The notes: generated by a model from the letters alone, not told the origin. Positions 30,901 through 44,289 are shown, counted from the stretch's first letter. The stretch is 64,000 nt of DNA from Azolla caroliniana (GCA_043228905.1 JBHGNT010000002.1:4216001-4280000), one strand, 5' to 3'. Numbers and translations are program-made.

Positions 30901-31817
30901 CCAACTCATGAATTCCAAATCGTTACTTTGTTAACTAGTTGGAGATCTTGAATGAACCCGAGAGATCCGTTCTTTTTTGGTATTGTAAACCACCGGTTAG
31001 AATACGGAGCATTCGAAGGCTCTAAGATACCCATCCGCACCTTCTCTTTTAGCAACTCAATGAGTTTCGGAATATGAGCTCTTGGAACAGGAATTGGTTT
31101 CAAGTTCCAAGGCATATGAGGGACAGTAAAGATAATCATTAGCGCCACCAGTTGTGGGTCCACACAACCTATCTCTAAAGGTGAAAAAGCAAAAGCCTTA
31201 CCATGTTGAGATAACATCTTTCGAAATTGGCTTTCTTCAGGTTGATTAAGGAAATCACCCCCTCCTATCTGAAGCTTCCCTTGCGAAGACTCCGTAAACA
31301 CATGACCAATCCTCCTCGAATCCCGTAACATTGGTTCTTCCTTCACCCTTTTTAGCCGATCTACGCTATTAGCCGGCAATGGTTCTGCTACAGGTCGAAC
31401 TTTCCAATCCACTGTCTTATATTTAGTATGGACACGAGCAACCATATCCATCTGATTTTGAAATGTTGCAATTTCAGCATACATATCCACTGAATTGGCT
31501 GGAATAAAAAATGACTGACCTTCATTTGAATACAAAGAATTATCCAACTCTCCAATGGTATCCACAAAGGAAAGTTCTTCCATAATTCCTGACACCTGAT
31601 CATCTGGTTCCAAAATCCGATGTTTAAGAAGCATCACCCGAATGTCTTCCACATTTACCTGGCTTTTACGATTTAAATCATCAATAGAAGAAAATGAGAT
31701 TGCTCCGGTATAAGAAACATAAACTTTATTATTTCCGGAACAATTATTCTCATACAGGGACTTTTGTTGTCCCGGACTATTATAGCCTTGTTTTATAATA
31801 GTCCTATCTAAAAATCC
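27972..31817 (-). pseudogene. pol: pol (RT-RNase H-integrase), disrupted
   Basis: DLYSGYDQ, LPQGATNS, PFLDD RT; VDASLTG/YAQIKRELWG RNase H; WYWWKGM..CIECQ and YNPEGNGKVER integrase. Confidence 0.9.
31774..31817 (-). promoter_or_regulatory. -1 programmed ribosomal frameshift signal
   Basis: G GAU UUU directly before the TAG, a 6-nt spacer, then a perfect 11-bp stem GGACTATTATA/TATAATAGTCC. The -1 frame is open into the RT ORF. Confidence 0.8.
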
Positions 31818-33774
31818 CGATTAGAGGATACATGTAAACTATCCTTGTTTCTTTCATGATTAGGTCGAACTGTCTGAAATTGTACTATCCTTCCACCATC
31901 CATATCTTTGATTCGAGCATAAGCCAATCCATCATCCAATACCTTGGTCTCCATGCGGACAGCAACCATAAAGGGTTGCCCCAATATAACTGGATATGTG
32001 GCTGAATCCTGAATAAAGAAATGTTGAAGCACAATAACACCACCGATTGACACCTCCACATCTGGGCAAGCTCCAGATAACTCCTTTGATGATTGTGTTG
32101 CTGCTCGAATCCTCCAATGGTGATTAGAAGTCATCGGCCACCCTCCTTGCTTGTAAACCTCCAAGGACATGAGGTTTATCTCCGATCCACTATCAATCAA
32201 AGCCATGACTGCCTCCGATAAACCACCAAGTTGTACTTTTGTTTTTGTAGTTGCCCAAGCCCAGTGATTCCGAGTAAAGTGGCTCCTCGGAATATTATCT
32301 TCATGCTTCAAGACTTGTGTAGATCCTTCTTTCCATCCAGCCTCCTTTGCAGTCATTGTTGTATCAACCGGAATTCGCTTTCTTCACATCTTCTCCATTA
32401 AATCATCATGAACTTCCTTTTTGGAGACTGCCAACAAGTCTCCTAATGGAACCGAGACATGTTGCTTTAGAACATAATTTTCAATGAAAGAGAAAGCATC
32501 TACCTCTTGTTCCAATTCAGTCCGCATTCGGAATGTTGGAGATGACTTCTTGGATACTTGTACAGGGTTTGGTTCAGCCTTTTGCATGTCCAAATTTTGC
32601 TTTCCGGATGGAGAATGAAAATCAGCCCTCTTTAGAACTCTTTCACGATCCAACTCTTCCTCTCTTCTCCTCTTCTCCTCTACCATCACATCATATTTTG
32701 TGGGAAAAGTTGGATCACTCCAACCAGTCTTTTGACAACCATCTTCAATAAGAACAGTTTGAATAGTTGGATCTTTGCTTGGGCAATTTAATTAGTTGAA
32801 TAGCATCCTAAGTAGAATGGAAAATAGCTTGTGCATGTCGAAGTTCTTCTTCCTCCAAAAGCTTTTTCATTCCTCCTCGCCCAAAATTTGTCTTTAGTGG
32901 TTGACGAGTCACGGATGAGTGGATCAACCGATCCTTGTAGAATATGAGGTTCTTTTGCATCACCTCCTGATGCTCCGCACACTCCGATCTTCGATGCTCC
33001 AAACTGTCACGCCATAAGCATCGAAAATCCCTAGTCGGAAGAGTTTGTTGCACTTGTGGCTGATGTTGCACCTTCGACATGGAAGAAATCTTCCACTCCA
33101 TGAATTGCTTCACTAGGTCATCTACGTCACTTGGTTGTGGTTTCTCCATAGATGCCTCAATCCTTGTTCATGTCTTCAAAGAAGAGGTCGGAGTAGCGTT
33201 TCCAAGTCCCTTTGAGCCCAACCATGTTCTTCTTTTCTCATATCGAAGGCAGATGGACCGAATTCAGCTCCAGTCCTCCTCTAAACATGTTTCAGTTTCA
33301 CTTGATTCCATAAGTTTTCCTAGCTCTACCTTATCCGCATAGGGAACCGAGCGAAGGAAGAGAACCACCTTCTCTGGTTCAAGCAAAGTTTGCTCCCGAA
33401 CTGAGAGTTGTCGGAACTTTGCTTCAAAATCAGTAAGGGTCTCTAGAACTGACCCATGCTTCTTCTCCAACTCCACCCAAGCTTCAAATGCCGTAACGGA
33501 ATTCCTCCCATTCAACATCTTGCGTTTGAAGCTCTTCTATGATAGGAAGAACATCGGCAGCTACCACACGATGGAAGTTGGATTTCTTCAAATCAGCGGG
33601 AATATTGCGATGTAACATCTCCGCATCGAACATCTGCAAAAATCGGGTCACATCCTTTCTAGTGAATGGACCTAACTTCTCTAATACCCCATCCACAACT
33701 CGATCTAGATTCGGACTCCTCTCCCTCCCTATAAGAACAGCTTCTAGAATTGATTGAAGTTGTGTTGCATCCAT
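31808..33774 (-). pseudogene. gag: gag-protease ORF (disrupted)
   Basis: Gag fragments, degenerate CCHC (CLWRDSLEHRRSEC), protease ALIDSGSEIN; ends ..RDF*. Confidence 0.85.
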
Positions 33775-33822
33775 GTTAGAACAGGTAAAATCGCAAAGAA
33801 CTCACTCTCCTTGCCGCCCGTT

Positions 33823-33840
33823 TTCACGTCGGGTTCACCA
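33823..33840 (-). promoter_or_regulatory. PBS complementary to tRNA-Trp
   Basis: TGGTGAACCCGACGTGAA matches the plant tRNA-Trp 3' end (TTCACGTCGGGTTCACCA) as I recall it. Confidence 0.85.
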
Positions 33841-34037
33841 CATGTCGAGTCGAAGCACGTCGCGTATAAGATCTTGGCGTATCCGGGCGGAACCGCTGGG
33901 GTTCTGAACCAGGAGAGTGGAAATAAGAAGATGAAAGAGAAGAGTGGGAAGTTGAGCCGGAAGTATCTTGATAGTCACGAGTGGTTTGCAGCCCTACCCG
34001 TGAAGACAAAAACCTTATATCGTTCCACCTACATAAC

Positions 34038-34454
34038 TGTGAACGTAAGTGTTTGCGGAAGCGTAAAACAGAGAACAACACAGAGAGAGAGAGAGAGAGA
34101 GAGAGCGTGAGAGAGACAGAGAGAGTAGATCGTAATTTCAAAATTATATCAAGACTCTGTACACACATTGTGCTAAGTAGCACTATTTATACAAGTCCTC
34201 TTGGGACTGACAGAAGTACCATGTACTTCAATGCTCACACAAGCATCTGACACTTACTACGAGACTATAGCTACCTAGTAGTCTATCCTATACTAGGCTT
34301 CCGATTGGACTTCCGGTTACGGATTGCACCCGGCCTCCACTGCTTGCCGGTTCGGTTGCTCACCGTCATACCGATCCGTTTCGTCCGATCCGTCTCGCTT
34401 ACCGGCTCCGGCTTATTCAGCCGATCCGGCTCCGGTTGAGCTTGCCGCTCAACA
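34038..34454 (-). mobile_element. Solo LTR inside the 5' LTR of the Trp-primed Gypsy
   Basis: TG...CA ends; perfect TSD ATAAC; absent from the sister LTR. Confidence 0.9.
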
Positions 34455-37156
34455 ATAACCAAATTAAGTGTGCAAACACAGATTGGAAATCCCTCTAGAA
34501 GAGCTTTCCAACGAGCTATAGAACGTCAAAAACAGACGTCGGAATTGAGAATTATAAGGAAAATACCATATAGCGCTACTCAAAAGTAGACGAAGAAGAA
34601 ATGCCAAAATAGGAAATTCACTATTTCTTCAAGAGAAAAACCCTTTACAAAATAGGACACTTTGATTGCCCCCCCCCCCCCCCCCCCCCTCCATGACAAT
34701 AATCCTCCCCTCTTATACTAAATTGATGTCATTACATGTAGGCCACGTGGCACACACCTAGAGAAGCTTGTGCATGTGCACGATATAAAGCATGTGGGCC
34801 ATGTGGCACACATGTAGAGAAAATTTGCATGTGTGTTATATGGTGCACATGAAATATATTACATGGTTTTGACTACACAACATTTGTTCCATAATAATGC
34901 AAATAATCCCTAAGAAGAATAATACTAAAGAACTTTGAGTCTAGAATGTAAATCAACTCCAATGAGTCGAATCAGGTGGATCTCCAAGGAGCGTTGGGTC
35001 ACCGAACCAAGTCGAGATGCGTGGTTGTAGTTGAGGCAAGTGTGGAATCGTGGTGGCACCAATCGTTCGTATCCCTTTACGACACCGGAATCCTAAGTGA
35101 AATACATCCATTTAGTAATTGCCAGCATGAAGCCTTAATTGTTGTCCTCCCATGTGTTAAACCCTTGTTCTCAATGAAATATTGAACAATAGATATCCAT
35201 GGTTGTGAGTTTGAACACATGTCTTGTAATAATGAAAATCTACGAGCCATCATATGCTTAGATAAGTTCAATACTCCAGCTCCCCCCAAGCGCTTAGGAG
35301 TTGCTAGATGATTCCATGCAACCCAAGTGATTCCCATCTTATCCATTTTCTTCCACAACAAATATCAAAGAGGTTGCAAAATAGAATGGAAAGCCTTCTT
35401 TGTCCACGGCAACAATGGCAAGTAATATAATATCATAGGTTCCATAATACATTGTACAACCTTCAAACGTACATGAAATGGCCAAGATTGTGATTTCCAA
35501 TACATGAACTTATCCCTCAACTTACTACACATCCATTCAATCAATTGACCATTTGTAACATTCATTCTTAATGGATAGCCCAAGTGTCGAAAAATAGAGT
35601 CTTTCTTCACCACGGATCCTTGTCATCCTAAACATTCCAAATCCATTTCAATACATGATATGAGACTAGACTTCCTCCAATTAATATGTAATCCGGAAGC
35701 CAATGCAAATTGGTTCCATACAAGCATCCCCTTCTCAAGATTCTCTCGTGAGGCTTGTAGAGACATGAAAGAATCATCAGCCAAAGCTTGTGCAACTAGT
35801 TGCCCTCCAGACGGAAGGTGTAGACCCACAATATCACCCTTTATTGCAAGCCTTGATAACATCACTAACAAGGGATGAGTAACACTAGCTAACAGCAACG
35901 AGCTAATAGGGCATCCTTGACGAACGGATCTTGTAAGGGCAATATCTGATGTAACTCCTCCATTAAACATGACTCAAGACACCGTATCTTGTCCTAATAA
36001 AAATATGAGGTGAGACATACAAGGTCCAAAGCCCATTGTATGCATTAACCCAGAAACAAAGGACCAATTAACATGATCATAAGCTTTCTCCAAATCTAAT
36101 TGCACCATAATCAATTCTTGATGAGTGTTTCGAGCATAATCCATGGCCATTTGAACATTCAACACATTATGCAATATATTCCTACCTGCAATAAAACCAT
36201 ATTGGGCAGGATGTATCAACTTTGGCAAATACTTTTGTAATCTATTTGCCAAGACCTTTGTAAATATCTTATATAACCCCCCCATCAAAGAAATAGGACT
36301 CCATTGATGAAATGACTCTGGAGATGCCATCTTTGTAACTAATTTAATTAGATCAACCTTCCAAGCTTGAGACATAACGACTAGAATCCCAAGAATCTTG
36401 AAACGTCAAAGTTAAGGGCCCCTTTAAAATCTGTGAATATCGCTTAAAAACGTCATTTGTCAAGCCATCCCAACCAAGGCTCTTACCACTAAAATCTGTG
36501 GCTTGGTTAGGGGCATAAATCCCAACCACCCACACAACCTCGCCAAAAAAAGTGATTTCTAGAACCAAAAACCGACCATAAGGATCATTATGCACCACTT
36601 GAGGAAAATACTTATCCCGCACGATTAATACCACACCTGAATAATGATTATTAAAATGTCATGCATAGAATGATGAATATCCACGCAAATGAACTGTGGA
36701 TCTTGCTAACTCATGACACTTATGCTCAACTACACATAATATATCTCATTCTTTACTTAATAAAGTTTGCCATAATATATACTTCTTATGAGGAGAACAT
36801 GCCCCTCTCACATTCCATGTTACCACTTTCATTCAGTCAACAATGTTATGGGTGCACTTGCTCCTTTAGAGCAACCGATGTCATGAAACTAGTCAAAGCA
36901 TGTTCCAATGCTGCATATGGATTTTCATGCACCACATCCTTAGAGTTGTCTATCAAATTCTTTTGTTTAGGTTCTCCCACTTGACGAAAACCTCGAGAAT
37001 TCGATGAATTTACAACCCGTCCCAATGAATCAAATTGAAGGTGAAGGGGTAATCTAATTTGTCTTTGCCAAGGAACTTTTCGAGGACCCTCCCTAGTTCC
37101 TAAATTACTTTTCCAAGTAGTCTCACGAGTAGTGGGCAAACTATTACGTTGCATAT

Positions 37157-38395
37157 TCATTGATTTGCCCTTTGACTTGTCCTTAACCTGATGCCAATCC
37201 TTTTCAACAACAACATCATTACTAGTTCTATCCAACGGTTTTTCCCCTTATCTATAACCACCAAATTTTGTTTTTCCATATCCATAGATTGAGTTCCCTT
37301 ATTCTTAGGGCCCAAACCTTGAAGTGAAACCTCTTTATAACCTGCTCTAGATGATGTTCCTTCATCCATAACAACCACCATATCTAACACACCAACATCT
37401 CTCCCAACTCCTTCCTTACCATTCCCTTCATTAGGAACCTCTATAGTTGAAGGACAATGACAATGGCATTCTGCCATAAAGTGACCCCATTCACCACATC
37501 CAAAACAATGACCTGCAAATGTCTCCCACTTCAATTTAAAATAAAGTCTTTTCATTGCAGGTGTGTTCATACACACCCATCCTGGCCTCTTACGACTTGT
37601 ATCCCATAACACACAAAATCTACACTTATTTGTAGCATTTGCATGTGGAGAAACCAACACTTTACCCATTTGACTCATCAACTCTGGTAAAAGTGGCCAT
37701 AAAAAAGCATGCTTACAATCCACTGTTACCCAAACAGGGCATTCTTGTTTCAACAAAGCATGATAGTCCACAACATGGGACCATTGCATTACATGCACCA
37801 ATCGTTTATCAAAAAACACTGGAACTTTAGCCACCAGTGCACTTTGATGTTCCGGTGAACAAAACACTACATCATAAAACCCTCGTGGTCCTACATATAT
37901 ATTTTCAACACAATTTGGGAACACAATTGTGTTCAACCATTGTTTAATCCAATTAATGTATGGGAGTTTCCCAGTAAAAAATAATATAACTGCACGATCA
38001 TAGAATACATCAAAAGATTGCAACACTACCTTAGCATCAACATCCACATCATGCACATCCTCATCATTGCATTCTTTCGCTGCATTTTCATTTTCTTCCA
38101 CAATATCAGACAATAAGGTATTGGCAATTCCCCATAAAGTATCCCAATTACAATTATCCTTGTCAACCTCATCTACATGTATTACTTCGGCATATGTCGC
38201 TTTTTTCTCATTAATTTCCTCAATGCCCTTAAACCTCTTAGAGCTTCCAATGTCTTCCCTTTCACGATTACATTCAACCATCACATTACTCTTTTTTGGA
38301 TCAATTGTTTTCATATCGATGTCCCCCACAATTTGAGAGGAATTTATGTTGATATCCATTATTCTTGACGCGATAGTGATCGGGGATAAAAACAA
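37157..38395 (-). CDS. LINE ORF1 (DUF4283-like region plus CCHC knuckle)
   Basis: CFGCGEWGHFMAEC; homologous to ORF1 remnants at 42831-43929. Confidence 0.75.
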   Translation of the reverse strand: MFLSPITIASRIMDININSSQIVGDIDMKTIDPKKSNVMVECNREREDIGSSKRFKGIEEINEKKATYAEVIHVDEVDKDNCNWDTLWGIANTLLSDIVEENENAAKECNDEDVHDVDVDAKVVLQSFDVFYDRAVILFFTGKLPYINWIKQWLNTIVFPNCVENIYVGPRGFYDVVFCSPEHQSALVAKVPVFFDKRLVHVMQWSHVVDYHALLKQECPVWVTVDCKHAFLWPLLPELMSQMGKVLVSPHANATNKCRFCVLWDTSRKRPGWVCMNTPAMKRLYFKLKWETFAGHCFGCGEWGHFMAECHCHCPSTIEVPNEGNGKEGVGRDVGVLDMVVVMDEGTSSRAGYKEVSLQGLGPKNKGTQSMDMEKQNLVVIDKGKNRWIELVMMLLLKRIGIRLRTSQRANQ

Positions 38396-38683
38396 TTTTC
38401 CATGAACAAGAAAGACAATCAGAACTCACCCGATTGAAGAGGTCAAAGATGATCAATACAATCGAAGACCCGCAATGTGTGTTGAGTATGTGGATGCCAA
38501 CAGCACAAGATTCTTTATTTTAATCTTCGCTTCTCGCACAAACCACCAAATTTAACTTGTTATATCTCGTTACGGAGCTCTAATCGAGGGCTTTCCAACG
38601 CATGTCTTTATGCTCGATTCCGTTACCGATAGAGAGCACAGCAATAAAAACAATTTCTCTTTTTCTTCCCCTCTCCACTCTCG

Positions 38684-38722
<39 letters not shown>

Positions 38723-38725
<3 letters not shown>

Positions 38726-41700
38726 AAAAGCACATAATTATATTAATTGTATGTAAAATCCACTTAGTTACAACACTTCTTAGTCTCCTCTACTTATCAT
38801 ATGCCTATGTAGGGAGAGGGACATTCTGTAATGCTATTGAAAAACCTGAATATGCATTTGAGGAAATGATCCCCACATGCTCTAACATCCAAAATTTCCA
38901 CATAAGAATACCTTTAAGCTTCTTTATATAGGCTTTCACCCCATGTCTATTATCAAATATGAAAGCATTACGCATAATCCAAATGTGTTGTAGAACCCAA
39001 TAATGTAAAAATTGGAACAATATCTCCATCTCATCATTTAATCCATTTTGAACATATTGAGAAAAACCCCATTGTTGAGGTCTCAAATAACAACGAGTTA
39101 TAACTTCCAAATGGTACACGCTATAGGACATTTAATGAACCTATGTGTACTATCCTCCAATGGAACAGTGCAAAAGAAACAAGTGCCAGACCCTAGTCCT
39201 GGTCTCTTTAAGGCCGAACCTAATGGGAGCCCACCAATCATAACTCTCCATATGAATATCTTTGCACAAAATAATAGATGGGAATGCTAACCACGTTGTA
39301 ATATTTTACACCACCTTGCATCTGACTTATATACATTCCATAACTTCGTTGCTTTAGGAGATAGCCAAGATAATGATGCCATCGCATGATGATACAATAT
39401 ATTTGTAGTGACATGTAACAAGCGCATACCATCTTGTAACCGCCAATCTACCCAAGGTGCAAATTTGGTTTTCAATGGCAAAGATCCTTGCAACAATGGT
39501 ATATCATGTAATTTCTCCCAAATAAATCCATAATTTGGGGGAATGCATAACCATCTCTTGGCATCTTCAAAATCCAACAACCTTTGAGATTCATTATCAA
39601 CCACGTCTTCTAAATGTACAATCCCCAATCGAAATAAATTATTGAATTGAGATCTCAACTTCTCTTTCCCATGCCAAAACAACACTTGAGCAGAAACAAG
39701 CAATTCATTTTGTAATGAATTACAATATTCTTGATCACTTGATGGTTCCCATTCAAAAAGAGATAATGCATCTTGCCACGATCTCACCAAATGTTGTCCA
39801 CATACAGAATGTCGAATCTTTAGAGTAATGCTTCCATTCAGTAGTGACCACCATGATGCTTGAATCTTTATTTTCCCGTGCACCAATCCTTCATGCTCAA
39901 TCAAATATTGCAGCATAAATATCCATGGTTGATCTTGTTGACGTACATCTCGTAATAATGTAAATCTACGAGCCATCAAATGCCTTTCCAAATCCAATAT
40001 TGTTGCACCACCTAACCTTTTAGGAGTAGCCAAATGGTCCCATGAAATCCATGTAAGTCCCATCATTTCTCCCTTCCGCCACAACATGAACCGAATAGGT
40101 TGTAACATGCTTTATAATGCCTTCTTAGTCCAAGGAAGTAAAGGCAAAAAATATAATAACATGGGTATCAAGATACATTGCACCACTTTGAGTCATACAT
40201 GAAAGGGCCATAATTGAGACTTCCAATACATAATTTTGTCCCTCAATTTACTACCAATCCAATCAATCAATTGAACATTTGTAACATCAATGCCCAATGG
40301 ATAACCCAAATGTCAATAAATTAAACCTCGTGTAATCATTGACCCTCGCCATCCCAAACATCATTGACCCTCGCCATCCCAAACATTCAAAATCACTCTC
40401 CATACAAGAAATAAGGCGAGACTTCCTCCAATTTATATACAACCCTGAAGCCAAAGCAAATTGATCCCAAACTTGCATACTCCTTTTAAGATTTTCTTTT
40501 GAGGTTGCCAATGCTTGTGCCACCAATTGTCCACCAAAAGGAAGATGCAAACCCATAATATCACCATTGGCCGCAAGATTTGACAACATTACTAACAAAG
40601 GATGTGTAACAATAGCAAATAACAATGGGCTTAGTGGACATCCTTGCCGCACGGATCTAGTAAGAAACACTTTCGGAGTGACTCCACCACTAAGCATCAC
40701 ACAGGAGGTTGCATTTTGCCTTAGCAAAAAGATAAGTCGACACATACGAGGACCAAACCCCATATTATACATCACACCTAAGAGGAAAGACTAATTAACA
40801 TGATCATATGCTTTTTCCAAATCTAATTGCACCATAGCCATTTCTTGATGTGTATGTCGAGCATAATCGATCGCCATTTGAACATTCAAAACATTATGCA
40901 ATATATTTCTACCTGTAATAAAACCATATTGAGATGGATGAATAAGTTGGGGTACAAACTTCTTAAGTCTGTTAGATAATATCTTTGCAAACACTTTGTA
41001 TAACCCTCCCATCAATGAAATAGGCCTCCATTGATGAAATGACTCCGGAGTTTGGTATCAATTTGATTAAGCCCACCTTCCAGCTCTCAGGCATGAAACC
41101 AGAATCCCAACATTGTTGAAACATTTTTGTGAATGGACTCTTAAGCATGCTAGCATACTTCTTAAAAACTTCATTTGTAACACCATCCCAGCTAGGGCTT
41201 TTACCATTTGGAAGGTGTAACAATACATTTTCCACCTCAGCTTCTTCAAAATCAGCATCCAATTCTTGACAAATATTTGTATTCACGGCACTCCCAATTA
41301 CATTATAAAACTCTTGTCGTGCTTTCAAGACATCCTCATTAATAATCAACTCTGGCCCAATCAAATTCTTTAAATGAGTAATACATAACTCAATAACCTT
41401 GACTAGGTCTACAACAATGTCATCCCCTATATTAATTTGTATCACATTTGAACGAGCATATGGTGGCCTTAATCCTTGAAAAAACATATGAGATTGTGCT
41501 TGATTGTCTATAAATCCCTCCTTTAATTGACGTAGTCTTGTCTGTTGATAACTTTGAAAAGACAAAATCTTCACAATGTCCTGTACTTGAACTTGAACAT
41601 CCAAAAGCTCTTCATCATGTGGATTATTCATCAATAGTACATTGCACCGCGTAAGAATATATGAAAACTTATCAATCAATTTCTTACGTCTTTTAGCATT

Positions 41701-44135
41701 ATTCATACCATACATACGATGAATATCATTGACGTTTTGTAGTGTTGTATCCCATGGATGCCATCCTTTTGAAATAACCTGTTGTGAAAACATGCCAAAA
41801 ATTTGTTGCATATAGGCATCAAATAAAGAATGTAATAATAAAGAAGAATTAAACCTCAAAGGAACTCGTTGAAGCAATGTTTTGTACATATCTACCCCAT
41901 GTTTATTAAACTCAAAACATATGGGAAAATGATCCAATGTCACAACCTCTTGCATAATTGACATATTAAACATCTCTAGCAAATAGCACTCATCATGCAT
42001 AACATACATTCTATCTAACCTACTCCATGTTTCCTTATATTGCATAGACTAAAATGTAAACCCAACCTCATCTGGATGCCACCATTTCCATACATCCAAC
42101 TTCAAAACCTCTTATACCAATTTGTCCCAAACTGCTTGCTCAGGAGAATCCATCAATGAGAATCGTGAAGTAGATTGTGAAGCATCAACACACATATTAA
42201 AATCACCCATTAACAAACCAACACGTCCCACTAATAACCGTGGATACATTGAAGACCATAACTCAATGCATTGATTAGCATTATTGGGTGCATAGATTCC
42301 TACCAACCATATCAAATCCTCAAAATACTTGACTTCCATCACCAAAAAACGTCTATATGGATCATTATAGACTATATGTGGACAAAACGAATCACGAATA
42401 ATCATGACAACCCCTAAGTAATGATGTGATAACTGTCCTGCATAATATGCGGAATATCCACACAAATGTAACACAGATCCTACTAAATCATGACACTTAT
42501 GTTCAACTGCACATAAAACATCCCAATCTTTATCAAATAAAGTTTTCCATAATATATATTTCTTATGAGGAGAAGATGCCCCTTTCGCATTCCATGATAC
42601 CACTTTCATTTAACACCTTTGCTAAGAACTTGCTCTTTATGAGCAAGTGTATTCATGACTGTACAAACTACTTGTTCAAGAGCTACATAAGGATTTGTGT
42701 GTACTACATCCCGTCCACCAATATTATGGTTTTTTTGTCTAACTCCACAAGAACGAAGTCCTTGATTTAATTGAGGTCGTACCATCCTTCCTGAAGAATC
42801 GAATTGTAATTGGTTGGACAATCTCTGATTTCACAATTGTTTCTGCCAAGGATTTTTCTTAAACCCCTCCTTCAATCTCAAATTATCTTTTGGTAATGTC
42901 ATACCATTAGTATTTTTTGATTCCCTTTGTATGGCAACACCCTTCCCTTTTATCTTATGCTTCACTTTATGCCACTCTCCATCTTCAACATTTGGGCCAT
43001 CATTATTACATACTCCATTCTCCTCCCCAACACCTCTAACATGACCATGAACTTTAGGATCTCGCTCTAACCCATGAGATGTTCCCTTTGGCATTCAGCC
43101 ATAAAATGCCCCAAATTACCACATTTAAAACAAAGTCTTCCAAAGGTTTCCCATTGAAGCTTAAAACGAAATTGACCAAATCGAAATGTATTGATACTCA
43201 ACCATCCTGGAAGTTTACAACTTGTATCCCATAACATGCAATGTTCAACGAATTAACATGAGGAGCAACCAAAACTTTACCAATTTGAGACATCAATCCT
43301 GGTAGTAAATCCCAAAAGAATGAGTTACTACAATCAACGGTCACCCAAATTGGACATTATTGTTTTAATAAATCTTTATAATCCACCACTAGAACCCATT
43401 CCATCACATGCACTAATCTTCTATCAAAAAAGATTGGTACCTTTGCCATCAAAGTCGTAATGAGTTCTGACGATCGGAAAACTACATCATAGAAACCTCT
43501 TGGACCCACATACACATCCTCAACACAATTAGGCATTATGAATGAATTCAACCACTGCTTAATCCATGATACCAAAGGAATTTTGCTAGTGAAATACAAA
43601 ATAACACCACGATCATAGAACCTGTCAAAAGTTGCTAACATAGAGTTGGTCTCCATCACCACCTCGACAACATCCTCCTCTACACAATCTTTAGCATCTT
43701 TCTCATTTTTTTCCATAAAATCAGAAAGCAAAGCCTTAGCAAAATCACAACAACTGTCAATATCATAATCATCTCCAATAACATCTTTCCCACCAAGAAT
43801 AGCAGCATTTAATGTTTTCTCATGTTCTATGTAATCAATACACTTTTTCCTCTTGTAATTTTCATAACCATCATCACAACCACATCCATCAACAATCATC
43901 AACTCACTTCCTGTTGTTGTGTCAACCATCCTAATAGAGATTGAGAGAACTAACCTGAGACGATGACACTTTTGTTTATAGCTTCTTGTAATGATAACGA
44001 AATATAACTTCTAAATAATCATTCTAAAGCCCTCTGAACGAGCTTCGCAATGAACCAAAAATCATAAAAAATGGAGTTCGGTGGACAAAGTTACATCAGA
44101 AACATGTTTCAACACTATTCTTGGAACGTCATCAC

Positions 44136-44136
<1 letters not shown>
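38723..44136 (-). mobile_element. LINE B (L1/Tx1-type), near full length, bounded by (GA)n
   Basis: ORF1 remnants 42831-43929; ORF2 MKVVSWNAKG (42609), GDFN, SRLDR, LDLEKAYD, RQGCPLSP, zf-RVT. (CT)n at ~38688-38722 and 44137-44172. Confidence 0.9.
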
Positions 44137-44175
<39 letters not shown>

Positions 44176-44193
44176 CTCACGAGTCACGACAAT

Positions 44194-44206
44194 TTGAACC
44201 GAATGA
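44194..44206 (+). promoter_or_regulatory. Self-priming PBS
   Basis: TTGAACCGAATGA is the exact reverse complement of TCATTCGGTTCAA at 23041-23053, ~30 nt downstream of the LTR TATA box. Confidence 0.85.
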
Positions 44207-44289
44207 TTTCTTTTTCCTTTTCCAATAACCCTAGCAAGATTTCTTCTTTTTCCCCCTCAATTATAGAGTCCGTCAGCAAGCAAGAGTAT

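Larger units (their letters stand above)
27282..35084 (-). mobile_element. Full-length degenerate Gypsy element, tRNA-Trp primed, 4-bp TSD
   Basis: LTRs 27282-28103 and 33843-35084; PPT 28104-28120; PBS 33823-33840; TSD CCGG restores the LINE frame (LRIPGSTCVQ). Confidence 0.92.
23163..38687 (-). mobile_element. LINE A (L1/Tx1-type), near full length, bounded by (GA)n; hosts two LTR elements
   Basis: ORF1 37157-38395; EN start ~36820, with an internal deletion near 36490; RT (LDLEKAYD, RQGCP, LADD) 35365-36375; zf-RVT 23569-23754. Frame rejoins across both insertions. Confidence 0.9.
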
